Assembly (NCBI GenBank): GCA_903851365.1
Contig: CAINOB010000020.1
Span: 30,227-94,226, forward strand
Direction of reading: 5' to 3'
DNA: 64,000 bases
Origin: an uncultured Bacteroidota bacterium
Lineage (GTDB): Bacteria > Bacteroidota > Bacteroidia > Bacteroidales > UBA12481
The stretch's first letter is position 1. Every line of letters begins with the position of its first letter. The notes below the pieces were generated by a model that saw only the letters and a list, made by a program, of their open reading frames with translations, was not told the origin of the DNA and searched no databases. Position numbers and translations under genes: made by a program. This document shows positions 56,292 to 64,000 of this stretch, piece after piece.

Positions 56292-58979
56292 TTACATTGT
56301 TAATACGAAACTGACAGGCCTGTATGCATGCAGGTTATAAGAAAATTTACCATCCTTAATTTTCAAAGGTTTGGCGAGGGTTTCACCGCGGAGGGAAACC
56401 GGTGTCGCATTAAGAAATTTCGAGCCTGCAGGCATAGTAATCTCCAGGTCTTCAGTTAAGCCAGCCTGTTCCCAAACCCTTAAGATAGTGCCCTGGCCAT
56501 CCGGATTCGGACCAAATGCAGTTAAGGCAACTCCCTTACGCGACAGGCTGATTCCGGATTGTGTGATAGGCAAAGTGCCTGGATTACTTCTGGAGCGACC
56601 CACTTTCAGTGGTATGCGGGCTTCCATTGAAGGAGTGTACAGTGCTGATTCAGAACTAAATTTATCAAATGACCAGATCCTTACGCGGGAACTCATGCGC
56701 TCACCATTACCGATCCAGGCAACAAAATTTGTTCGCCAGTGGTTATTATACATATTAATATAGACATACGGCTTTGATGGTTCATAGCGCTTATCAAACT
56801 GATAATCCCCTGGTACGCCCAAACTAATGACTGGAGAATCCTCGGAGCAAAGTCCTACTCCGCTTCCGCTATTTCCGTTATAAACAGCTACACCTGAATT
56901 GATCCACCACATATGGAAGTTTGAGTTATCGATTTTGAGATCCTTTATTGGGTCTAGATCAGCACCAAGTCTGCCCAAACGGAATTTTGGATTTTCAATT
57001 TTAAACGGTAGGCAAATCCATCCTGCTTCTGGCCATCCATCTGGCTGTTTTTGCCAGCTGACTTCCAGATCTGCAGCCGGAGTTCCTGCAGGAAGGGTGA
57101 GCCGGATCGAAATCCTTTGCGGTTGTCCAGGTCCCGGGATTGTTCCGGTCATAACTGCGGATACATCGATTGCACTTTTTGAAAATGTCAGGGTCATATT
57201 TTCGGGCAGTGCCGAACGATAAATACTGTCTTTGGGCATATCATAGGCAACAAAACAAACCCGATGTCCAACATACTGAGGATACAGAGATTTTGCCAGC
57301 CAGTCGGAGAGATCTTTATATCCAAATCGTTCATAAAGGTATTGGCCAAACCCCTGGGGAGCATTTCGATCAACCAATTCCTTACCTGAGCGCTTATCAA
57401 TCAAACTGGTGATTCTTCCCTGTTTTGAATCGAAGGTGGCTTTAAAGAACGGACTCTCAATTAAACTATTTTTTTCATCAACCGATAATTCTGCTGCCAC
57501 AGGATTTTCCTGTGAGGCAACAAATGTTCTGTATCCCATCGGTGGAATATCTTTAACAAAAAACCTGCTCACGGGAAAAGCATCTTCAATTGCATGAAAC
57601 TCATGTGATACCAGAATTGAAGGTCCACCATCAGCAGGTTTCAGTGAATTAAATACCGGAAGGATGCGGGTGTCGATCACCACCTCGCCATCGCGCTTCC
57701 ATGGCAATGGATTATATACGACCACTCTGGGTCCTTTCGTACTAACATTATCGGCAAGTGCGGCAATGGCATCTTCATATGGCTCGCTAATAAGCTGTTG
57801 AACGCAATTTATATAATCGGCATGGTCCTTCCACGATTTTTCCATCAACTGGTACTGAGGAGGTAATCCTTGCGACCAAAGTGCATTCCACTCAGGACCA
57901 TACGGCAGTTTTACGTAATGCTGATTGGCAAGTCCCCAGGTATGTTCGCTATAGAGCATACTTTTTTCATAGGCCTGAGAAATGGCGTTCGAAATATCGG
58001 GAAGATAAATTCCCCATCCCTTTTCAAGCGTAGTGAGTTCATCCGCTCCACCGATTTCGGGTCGGATATTCTGAGCCAGTTTACTCGCAGCAGGCTGGCT
58101 CATTGGCCCATGAATCCAAACATCTCCAATATCACTGCGCACTTCCGGAAGATTACTGAGGTCTTCCTTCAAAATCAGTTTCGCAAAATCGTCCATACTT
58201 CCTACGCGGGCCTTAATTCCTTTGGTCTGATAAAAAGCAAGGTCTTTTGCAACAGTTTCCGGTCCCGGAGGGCCCTGGTTATCCCCAGTCATGTTTATAT
58301 AAACCCAATTTTTATAGGGCCAGTTTTCCGGAGGAAGCGGATCGCTCCCATAGCCATTATTATATAGTGTCAGTAATTTTGAATCATCTGGACCTACCCA
58401 CCAAAACATCAGGGGCAAACCATGCTCTTTGTTAACAACTGGTCCGCCCATATGGTAAAATTGGATGCCAGCATTGGCAAAAAGTGTTGGGGTGATCCAT
58501 GACTGACCTGGGACATCGCTCATTTTAGCACTAATTGACAAGGGCTGGCCAAATTTGCGTGAGATAGTCGATGAAATATTAAGACCGCGAACGAGGTCTT
58601 CCATTTCGGCAGTTTCTGTATGCGTTGTAAATGGATAGGCATGAACCACGAGATTCCCTTCACGAATAGCCTGCTCAATTTTTTTCCGGCGATCAGGGGC
58701 CTGTCCTTCCCAGAGCATTTGCTTCATTGGCCATCCCGAAACAGTCCAGACAAATTGTTTCTCTTTTGGCTGGTGACTATTTTCTTCGATTGCTGCCAAA
58801 ACGCGGTCAACCATCTCGGTCCGATATTCATGCACAACATCATGAACAGTAGATGAGTACCCTATATCAAAATGCGTTTTGTAAACGATAATGACATTTT
58901 CGACTGCTGATTTTTTCGTCTGACCCTGAACGGCACAAAAAATAAGGGCGGTGGACAAGAGGGCGATGAGGTGTTTCAT
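56292..58979 (-). CDS. Secreted glycoside hydrolase family 38-like alpha-mannosidase
   Basis: Signal peptide MKHLIALLSTALIFCAVQGQ and N-terminal motif IIVYKTHFDIGYSS in the GH38 position. 895 aa. Its start overlaps the upstream gene's stop (ATGA). Confidence 0.7.
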   Translation of the reverse strand: MKHLIALLSTALIFCAVQGQTKKSAVENVIIVYKTHFDIGYSSTVHDVVHEYRTEMVDRVLAAIEENSHQPKEKQFVWTVSGWPMKQMLWEGQAPDRRKKIEQAIREGNLVVHAYPFTTHTETAEMEDLVRGLNISSTISRKFGQPLSISAKMSDVPGQSWITPTLFANAGIQFYHMGGPVVNKEHGLPLMFWWVGPDDSKLLTLYNNGYGSDPLPPENWPYKNWVYINMTGDNQGPPGPETVAKDLAFYQTKGIKARVGSMDDFAKLILKEDLSNLPEVRSDIGDVWIHGPMSQPAASKLAQNIRPEIGGADELTTLEKGWGIYLPDISNAISQAYEKSMLYSEHTWGLANQHYVKLPYGPEWNALWSQGLPPQYQLMEKSWKDHADYINCVQQLISEPYEDAIAALADNVSTKGPRVVVYNPLPWKRDGEVVIDTRILPVFNSLKPADGGPSILVSHEFHAIEDAFPVSRFFVKDIPPMGYRTFVASQENPVAAELSVDEKNSLIESPFFKATFDSKQGRITSLIDKRSGKELVDRNAPQGFGQYLYERFGYKDLSDWLAKSLYPQYVGHRVCFVAYDMPKDSIYRSALPENMTLTFSKSAIDVSAVMTGTIPGPGQPQRISIRLTLPAGTPAADLEVSWQKQPDGWPEAGWICLPFKIENPKFRLGRLGADLDPIKDLKIDNSNFHMWWINSGVAVYNGNSGSGVGLCSEDSPVISLGVPGDYQFDKRYEPSKPYVYINMYNNHWRTNFVAWIGNGERMSSRVRIWSFDKFSSESALYTPSMEARIPLKVGRSRSNPGTLPITQSGISLSRKGVALTAFGPNPDGQGTILRVWEQAGLTEDLEITMPAGSKFLNATPVSLRGETLAKPLKIKDGKFSYNLHAYRPVSFVLTM

Positions 58980-61900
58980 AGGGTATCAGGTTTCGGGTGT
59001 CGGGTGTCGGATGTAGGGTATCGGATTACAATTAAAAAGCCTTTTCCACTTGGGACAACCAGCTTGTTGAGAGCCACGGATTTTTGAGCCGTCTGAAAAT
59101 CTTTCACTGCGGGAATGTATATTTCCGCTTTTACAGGATTTATTCCGAGTTTAACCCAATCCACAGTTAAAGCCGTAGGCTGGTCCGTTTTGCTCCAGTT
59201 GGCAACCGAGATTATTGTACAGTCCTTTCCTTTATAGGCGGTTGCTTTCACTATTGCATTGGTGCTTGTTACGGGACAATTCTTATCCCAGTAACCGATC
59301 ATCTCTTTGGTTTCGATCTGATAATCATCCCAGAATTTCCAGATAGCTCCCGGAGGGTTGGCTGTCCAACCTGCACGATTGGATATTCCATAAACCATAC
59401 CCCGCCATGGATTTCCTCCACCCTCAAGCATCTGTCCGGGCAAACCGAAAGGGATACCTGATACTTCGATCAGCCAATGATCCGGCATTCTGTTATAATC
59501 CCGGCCTTCTCCTATCCAGACCAGATCGAAATAGGGCAATAAGTCCATATATAGATTCAGGCAGTTGGTAAAACCTGCCCACTGATTAAAATGGTTCCAG
59601 CTATGCAGATCCATCCGTCCAACGCGTCGGTAACGATCAATGATTTTCCTAGCCCGCATGAGGGTAAATCTATCGAGTGCAGAATCGTCGATGTAAACCC
59701 CGTCGATACCAATATTCTGAACCATCCAATCAAGTCCGGCAACATAAAAATTATTCAGACGGCTATCGGGTGTGGTTATTACCGACAAGTCGGTTTCCCC
59801 TTTGAATTTCCCTTCCTTGACCAGGTTGAACCAGGCTGGAATATATTTCCCATTCAGGTTCTTTTTGAGCCATTCGTTGGGGCCATTTGGGCAGATCAGT
59901 GTTTTACAGTCATTTCCGGGACCCGGAAAAATCACTTCACCGTTCAAGCTGTAAAAGGCACGGAATTCGGGCAAATTTTTAGTTAGTTCGCGGGTCGTGT
60001 AATAAAACTTCATCCGCAAATCAGCTTTATGAGCATCCGAAACCAATTTTGTGAGCTCTGAGATATTCTCATCCAGATAAGGATAGTTGATAAACGGATA
60101 CAGGTCCTCAGCATGATGGATATTGATGATATTAGCTCCTGCAGCTTTAGCGTCAGCTATTTTGACAGAGGTATTGGTTCCACCGCCATGATAATACCGG
60201 TCGCCAAACTTGGCTTTCTTATCGATCAGCCGGAATGGAGTGATCAGAAGTTCGAAATCATAATTGAGTGTTTCACCCTGCTTTATCTCCCGTGCCCCGG
60301 AATAGGCACTAATTTGCACGTCAGCTTCCTTATCAGCAATATTTACACCTCCTTTTCCAGCGTTGCCCCAGGATGAAGGAAGGTTGAGCGGGCCAAATTC
60401 ATAATAAATATTAATGAGCGGTCGCCGGTAGTTCTCTGCTTTCCACTTGATCCTCATTCCACCGTTAACCGCACCGATCCAAAGCATATCCTGATTTTTA
60501 GTGACATCCCATTTCCATTTCCAAACCGGGCTCCGATAACCTCCTTCATGATTCAGGCCCATCATGTATTCCGATTTTTCTTTATTCATTGGGATTTCCA
60601 GACGAATATCCCTGACTTTCACATCTGATTTGGCCGTCAGTTTCAACTTATAATCAACAAATCCATCAAACTCCATCCTGCCTGTACATTCCAGGTCGAA
60701 TTCATCTGATGTATTTAATACGCTCCAGCTTACCTTGGATGGTGTTTGCTCCAGAAAATTCATATCCCCGGGTTTCAGCCTGATTGTCTTCCCGTTATCC
60801 AGCTCGATAATAAATCGGAACGCGCTGTTAATCAGAGGTTCGCCACGGTCTTTCAATTCCTCATTCGACTTTCCGAAAAAAGTTGTCACTGCAGCAGGCA
60901 ATCCATTGTCAGCAATCTCAAGGCTGCGGCCGAGAATACAAATACGGTTGGCTATCACATTTACAGGTATGAAACCTTTGGTAATGCTATCATCAATACC
61001 AACTGTCGAGTTCAGCCAATTCAGGCGAGCCAGACTTTTACCCTCATTATAGCCGTGATTTTCTATTTTTTCTCCGCTAACTATCAGTTCGACAGGAACT
61101 ATCTGCATCAATTCACCAGAACTAATGATAACAGATCCTGAATAATTACCAGCATTAATACTATCCAGATCAATACCCATCCACAATTCTTGCAACTGTC
61201 CAGCAGGAACATTAATAATTTTCGAAAATGGATTTCCCTTAAAATCGATGCCCCCGGCATTAAAGCAGGTAAAACGGGTATCAGGGATCAAGTTAGAAAA
61301 TTGGATCCTGACATCGTTTAAATCATGGTTTCCAGCAACCAATGATAGCTTAAATACTTTGAACTGACCTGGATTTGCAGCTAATTCCATGGGCAATAAA
61401 TTGACAGGACTATCCATATGCAGGATGCCAGTTTTAGCAAAATCCTGCATCTTATCGAGGTCCTCCACATTCATAACCGGTGAAGCAGCTTTGTCCGGTT
61501 GAGGGGTTGCATTTGACGTACTTCCCGGAAGGGCATACCAAAAAGTTACCAGCGAATAATTCAGCAGGTTCCAGAATTCACGTATATCGGTGCCGGGCGA
61601 TGCTTCCATATCAAAAACCAATCGGTTATTGAATGGCACTACATCCAGTATCCTGTTTCTGGTGCAGATATTATATCCTCGGGGATCAGCGCTATTTCCT
61701 GTGCAGACATTGGCTCCCACCGGGATTGAAAAAGTATCGCGGCCTGTTGGGACCACACCTCCGGCCCATCCGTAATAATCCTCAGTACCCGTACCAAAAT
61801 GAGATGGAAACTTTCGGGTAATATCGGACTCATCAATATATATTTTCTCATCACCCTCACCCCACCAGCCATGTCCGGGACTCAGCACAGTGAGAGCATC

Positions 61901-63061
61901 TCCAACAAGAACGCCTTTTCCATGAACATCGATAAAATTCATATCAACAAACCGATGGCCGGGCAGAGAACCAACAGGTTTCCAGTAGGCATTGAAGTGC
62001 ATTGACCTGTCATCCCATTTCCAGTCATCAATCAGTACATCGATCCAAACAGTTACTTGGTTTTCCTGCAGATTAAACAGATTTATCTCTGCACTTTTCC
62101 CATATGGCATAGCATACCTGCAAATCATGGTTCCATCAGGTAAAACTGTCCGGCTCCAGGTATGAAAGGGGTTTATCTTATCTCCACTGCAAAAGAAATC
62201 ACCGATCGGGCACCACACGGTTTTCTCCCCATCAAAAGTCATCTGAAGGATAGTGGAGCGAAGCGCCTGAGGGCCGGCTTGCGGATCAATCCTCAATGTG
62301 AGCTGGCGGATCGCATGATTCCCGTCAGGCAGTTTTATTGTCTGGTTACCTTTTTGCTGAAGGTTGATGGTCTTGGTTAGAGAATTTGGAGCTGAGGTTT
62401 TTGGTGGTGATCCCAATGTCTTTCCCGTTTGAGCGATCAGTTCCGAGGCTTTAACAAACTCTTTCGATGAAAAGGATCTAATTTTAACATCCTTATTATA
62501 AGCCCGATAGTTAATAATATTGTAAAAAGCCTTGTCGGTCATCGTAATTTTGCAGCTTTTAGCAAACGGAATAGGCAGAAAACAAACACCTGCCCTTGCC
62601 GTAAGTCCTGCAAATGGAGGCTTTATTGAACCTTTTCCTGTAAGCAATTCGATAAAACACTCGTCGATCAGAGGTGTAGTGCTTCCATCAATATATATTC
62701 TGATATTCGGGCCTTTGCGGTTATTGAAATCGTAATAAAAGAAAGGGGTCCACATTCGCGTGATACAACCGGGACCGTCATGGTCCATCACTACATATTC
62801 TGTTTTGCCCTCATGGATTTCCTCCCGGATCCAGCTAACACCGTCGGAATCTGCGAACCATCCGGGTTTATCGGGTGCCACTGAGGCTCGATTATAGCTA
62901 CTGGCTTGAAGTGATTGATATTCCGGCGAAGGAAATTGGGCCATTTTCCCGGGGTTGGTCATTTCCCGGAGCATCGTCTCCAGAGATACTGTCTGAGCAC
63001 TTGCCTCTCCAGCCAGGATGGACAGAAGGATTGCAAAAGAAGCTATAAATTTTCGAAACAT
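58976..63061 (-). CDS. 1361-aa secreted fusion: N-terminal DUF2961/GH172 domain + C-terminal DUF4091/GH123-like domain
   Basis: Signal peptide. DUF2961 motifs are DHDGPGCITRMW and GTGTEDYYGWAGG. The C-terminal half resembles the DUF4091/GH123-type barrel from memory only. Confidence 0.7.
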   Translation of the reverse strand: MFRKFIASFAILLSILAGEASAQTVSLETMLREMTNPGKMAQFPSPEYQSLQASSYNRASVAPDKPGWFADSDGVSWIREEIHEGKTEYVVMDHDGPGCITRMWTPFFYYDFNNRKGPNIRIYIDGSTTPLIDECFIELLTGKGSIKPPFAGLTARAGVCFLPIPFAKSCKITMTDKAFYNIINYRAYNKDVKIRSFSSKEFVKASELIAQTGKTLGSPPKTSAPNSLTKTINLQQKGNQTIKLPDGNHAIRQLTLRIDPQAGPQALRSTILQMTFDGEKTVWCPIGDFFCSGDKINPFHTWSRTVLPDGTMICRYAMPYGKSAEINLFNLQENQVTVWIDVLIDDWKWDDRSMHFNAYWKPVGSLPGHRFVDMNFIDVHGKGVLVGDALTVLSPGHGWWGEGDEKIYIDESDITRKFPSHFGTGTEDYYGWAGGVVPTGRDTFSIPVGANVCTGNSADPRGYNICTRNRILDVVPFNNRLVFDMEASPGTDIREFWNLLNYSLVTFWYALPGSTSNATPQPDKAASPVMNVEDLDKMQDFAKTGILHMDSPVNLLPMELAANPGQFKVFKLSLVAGNHDLNDVRIQFSNLIPDTRFTCFNAGGIDFKGNPFSKIINVPAGQLQELWMGIDLDSINAGNYSGSVIISSGELMQIVPVELIVSGEKIENHGYNEGKSLARLNWLNSTVGIDDSITKGFIPVNVIANRICILGRSLEIADNGLPAAVTTFFGKSNEELKDRGEPLINSAFRFIIELDNGKTIRLKPGDMNFLEQTPSKVSWSVLNTSDEFDLECTGRMEFDGFVDYKLKLTAKSDVKVRDIRLEIPMNKEKSEYMMGLNHEGGYRSPVWKWKWDVTKNQDMLWIGAVNGGMRIKWKAENYRRPLINIYYEFGPLNLPSSWGNAGKGGVNIADKEADVQISAYSGAREIKQGETLNYDFELLITPFRLIDKKAKFGDRYYHGGGTNTSVKIADAKAAGANIINIHHAEDLYPFINYPYLDENISELTKLVSDAHKADLRMKFYYTTRELTKNLPEFRAFYSLNGEVIFPGPGNDCKTLICPNGPNEWLKKNLNGKYIPAWFNLVKEGKFKGETDLSVITTPDSRLNNFYVAGLDWMVQNIGIDGVYIDDSALDRFTLMRARKIIDRYRRVGRMDLHSWNHFNQWAGFTNCLNLYMDLLPYFDLVWIGEGRDYNRMPDHWLIEVSGIPFGLPGQMLEGGGNPWRGMVYGISNRAGWTANPPGAIWKFWDDYQIETKEMIGYWDKNCPVTSTNAIVKATAYKGKDCTIISVANWSKTDQPTALTVDWVKLGINPVKAEIYIPAVKDFQTAQKSVALNKLVVPSGKGFLIVIRYPTSDTRHPKPDTL
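58981..59029. repeat. Seven tandem 7-nt units at the junction of two glycosidase genes
   Basis: On the + strand: GGGTATC AGGTTTC GGGTGTC GGGTGTC GGATGTA GGGTATC GGATTAC. The array encodes the last ~16 codons of the 1361-aa ORF and abuts the GH38 start codon. Confidence 0.6.
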
Positions 63062-63152
63062 TTTGGCGGGTTTAGAAGCAGCAATTTAAGAAAAGTAGTA
63101 AAGTTGGCAACTCTAATTTAGATCATTAACTTACGGCACTAAACCTGATAAA

Positions 63153-64000
63153 ATGGGAAACAAAGTGCCGGCAGCCCTTCGGTATTTCGTGTTTATAATT
63201 GCAGGATTTCTTATTGTCTTGCAATTGACAGCTAAAGAGCCTGTCCGAATGTTGATTCTATCTGGAAAAAACAATCATGATTGGCAAAAGACTACGCCCG
63301 TACTCGAGAAAATATTTACTGGTTCAGGAAAGTTCACAGTATCCATAACCAATCGGCCCGATACTTTGAAGTATACCGATTATAAGCGATTCCGAATCGT
63401 GGTTAGCAACTGGAACTCCTGGCCCGACACCTCAACCCGTTGGGATCCAATTAAAGAAGGTGCCTTTTCACAATATATTAAAGAAGGTGGAGGAGCACTT
63501 TTCCTCCATGCCGGCGGTTCCTCATTTTATGGTTGGGAAGATTACCATACCATTGCTATTGGAAGATGGGGGAAAAACACTGAACACGATAACATAGGTC
63601 AAGCTCTTGTCCACTTTTCAGATATCGAACATCCGATCACCAAAGGGCTTAAAGATTTTATAATTACTGATGAGATCTGGAAAAACACCGATATCAGTCC
63701 GAATGCAAAATCTTTGGGATGGGTCCAGAAGAAAGGACCAAATGGCAACCTTGAACAAACACAGTATCCGGCAATCCTTATCAATGAATTTGGAAATGGT
63801 CGTAGTTTTTACACGATCCTTGGCCACGGTGAAAAGGTTTTAGCAAACCGTGGATTGCAGAAACTGCTAATCAGAGCTGCCAGCTGGGTCTGCGCTGGAA
63901 ATAAATCGTTATCCGGTTTTTTTGGAACCTACAATTTTTCACCGGACCGAAAACCGCATTTCCATCCACTGATTTCTCCAAATGGGACCATTCTTACAGC
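63153..64000 (+). CDS. ThuA-domain (trehalose-utilisation-like) protein, 3' end outside window
   Basis: Hand-translated and open from the ATG at 63153 to the window end. It has a TM/signal segment, then MLILSGKNNHDWQKTTP, GGGALFLHAGGSSF, HPITKGL, TDEIW and GNGRSFYTILGH, as in ThuA. It is absent from the ORF track because no stop lies in the window. Confidence 0.75.
   Translation, partial: MGNKVPAALRYFVFIIAGFLIVLQLTAKEPVRMLILSGKNNHDWQKTTPVLEKIFTGSGKFTVSITNRPDTLKYTDYKRFRIVVSNWNSWPDTSTRWDPIKEGAFSQYIKEGGGALFLHAGGSSFYGWEDYHTIAIGRWGKNTEHDNIGQALVHFSDIEHPITKGLKDFIITDEIWKNTDISPNAKSLGWVQKKGPNGNLEQTQYPAILINEFGNGRSFYTILGHGEKVLANRGLQKLLIRAASWVCAGNKSLSGFFGTYNFSPDRKPHFHPLISPNGTILT

Noticed and set aside
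58915-58925. Hand-translating the printed sequence gives an extra C at the 58920/58921 line break and a missing C at 59580/59581. The same pattern appears at 45840/45841. This would frameshift the GH38, GH172-fusion, DUF2807 and CoA-binding genes.
   Set aside because: The supplied ORF track translates straight through these points, and its coordinates fit on both sides. I treat this as a display or reading offset, not biology. The consequence is that hand-derived coordinates in 45841-46500 and 58921-59580 may be off by 1 nt.
1-64000. Searched by eye for CRISPR arrays, rRNA/tRNA/tmRNA genes, transposases, integrases, phage genes, toxin-antitoxin pairs and known defence-system hallmarks.
   Set aside because: No non-coding gap exceeds about 300 nt, and no spaced direct-repeat arrays are present. 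Every long ORF has a metabolic, envelope or glycan-related assignment. Nothing supports a mobile element or defence island in this window.

Overview
The window reads as a densely coding chromosomal segment of a Bacteroidota-type genome. This is inferred from A-rich start contexts without Shine-Dalgarno sequences, TAnnTTTG-like -7 boxes, a DUF4492-cydAB operon, DUF1573/DUF2807/PorV-like proteins and many signal-peptide glycosidases. I support about 54 protein genes and found no rRNA, tRNA, CRISPR array, transposase/integrase or recognisable defence genes. No non-coding gap exceeds about 300 nt.

Gene order:
- 1-13.3 kb, housekeeping: dnaJ 3' end, ABC-2 exporter plus an HTH-less sigma-54 response regulator, coaD, Nudix, pyrE, birA, rsfS-ftsH-LUD-cdsA-psd, and pssA.
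- 13.3-16.4 kb: cytochrome bd operon (DUF4492-cydA-cydB plus an unlisted 40-codon ORF).
- 16.5-27 kb: GH2, a tetrahaem NapC/NirT::FGE-like fusion, two Tat-exported enzymes (Gfo/Idh/MocA and a xylose-isomerase-like TIM barrel), a lipoprotein and a transglutaminase-core lipoprotein.
- 27.1-33.5 kb: aromatic amino-acid operon (pheA, aminotransferase, tyrA, DAHP synthase/chorismate mutase, aroA, aroC), followed by a Cys/Met-family PLP enzyme and a pirin.
- 35.7-64 kb: secreted exo-glycosidase island (two GH38, GH20, a GH29 fusion, a GH172/GH123-like fusion). It is interleaved with DUF1080 / Tat-Gfo/Idh/MocA / ThuA genes typical of 3-keto-glycoside chemistry, an OmpR-type two-component system, DUF1573, YhhN and a kinase::class-III aminotransferase fusion.

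Most noteworthy findings:
1. A Phe/Tyr-rich 30-codon leader peptide with terminator and antiterminator directly upstream of pheA.
2. The membrane tetrahaem cytochrome fused to a cysteine-less FGE-like domain, next to the Tat-exported oxidoreductase/TIM-barrel pair.
3. YhhN followed by a hydroxylysine-kinase-like::phospho-lyase-like fusion.
4. A secreted protein with three vicinal-cysteine repeats.
5. A CydX-like small ORF missing from the ORF track.

I did not see a clear-cut new defence or mobile system, and all functional calls rest on motif recognition by eye, not database searches. CDS coordinates follow the ORF track. Hand-derived coordinates may be off by 1 nt, especially in 45841-46500 and 58921-59580.
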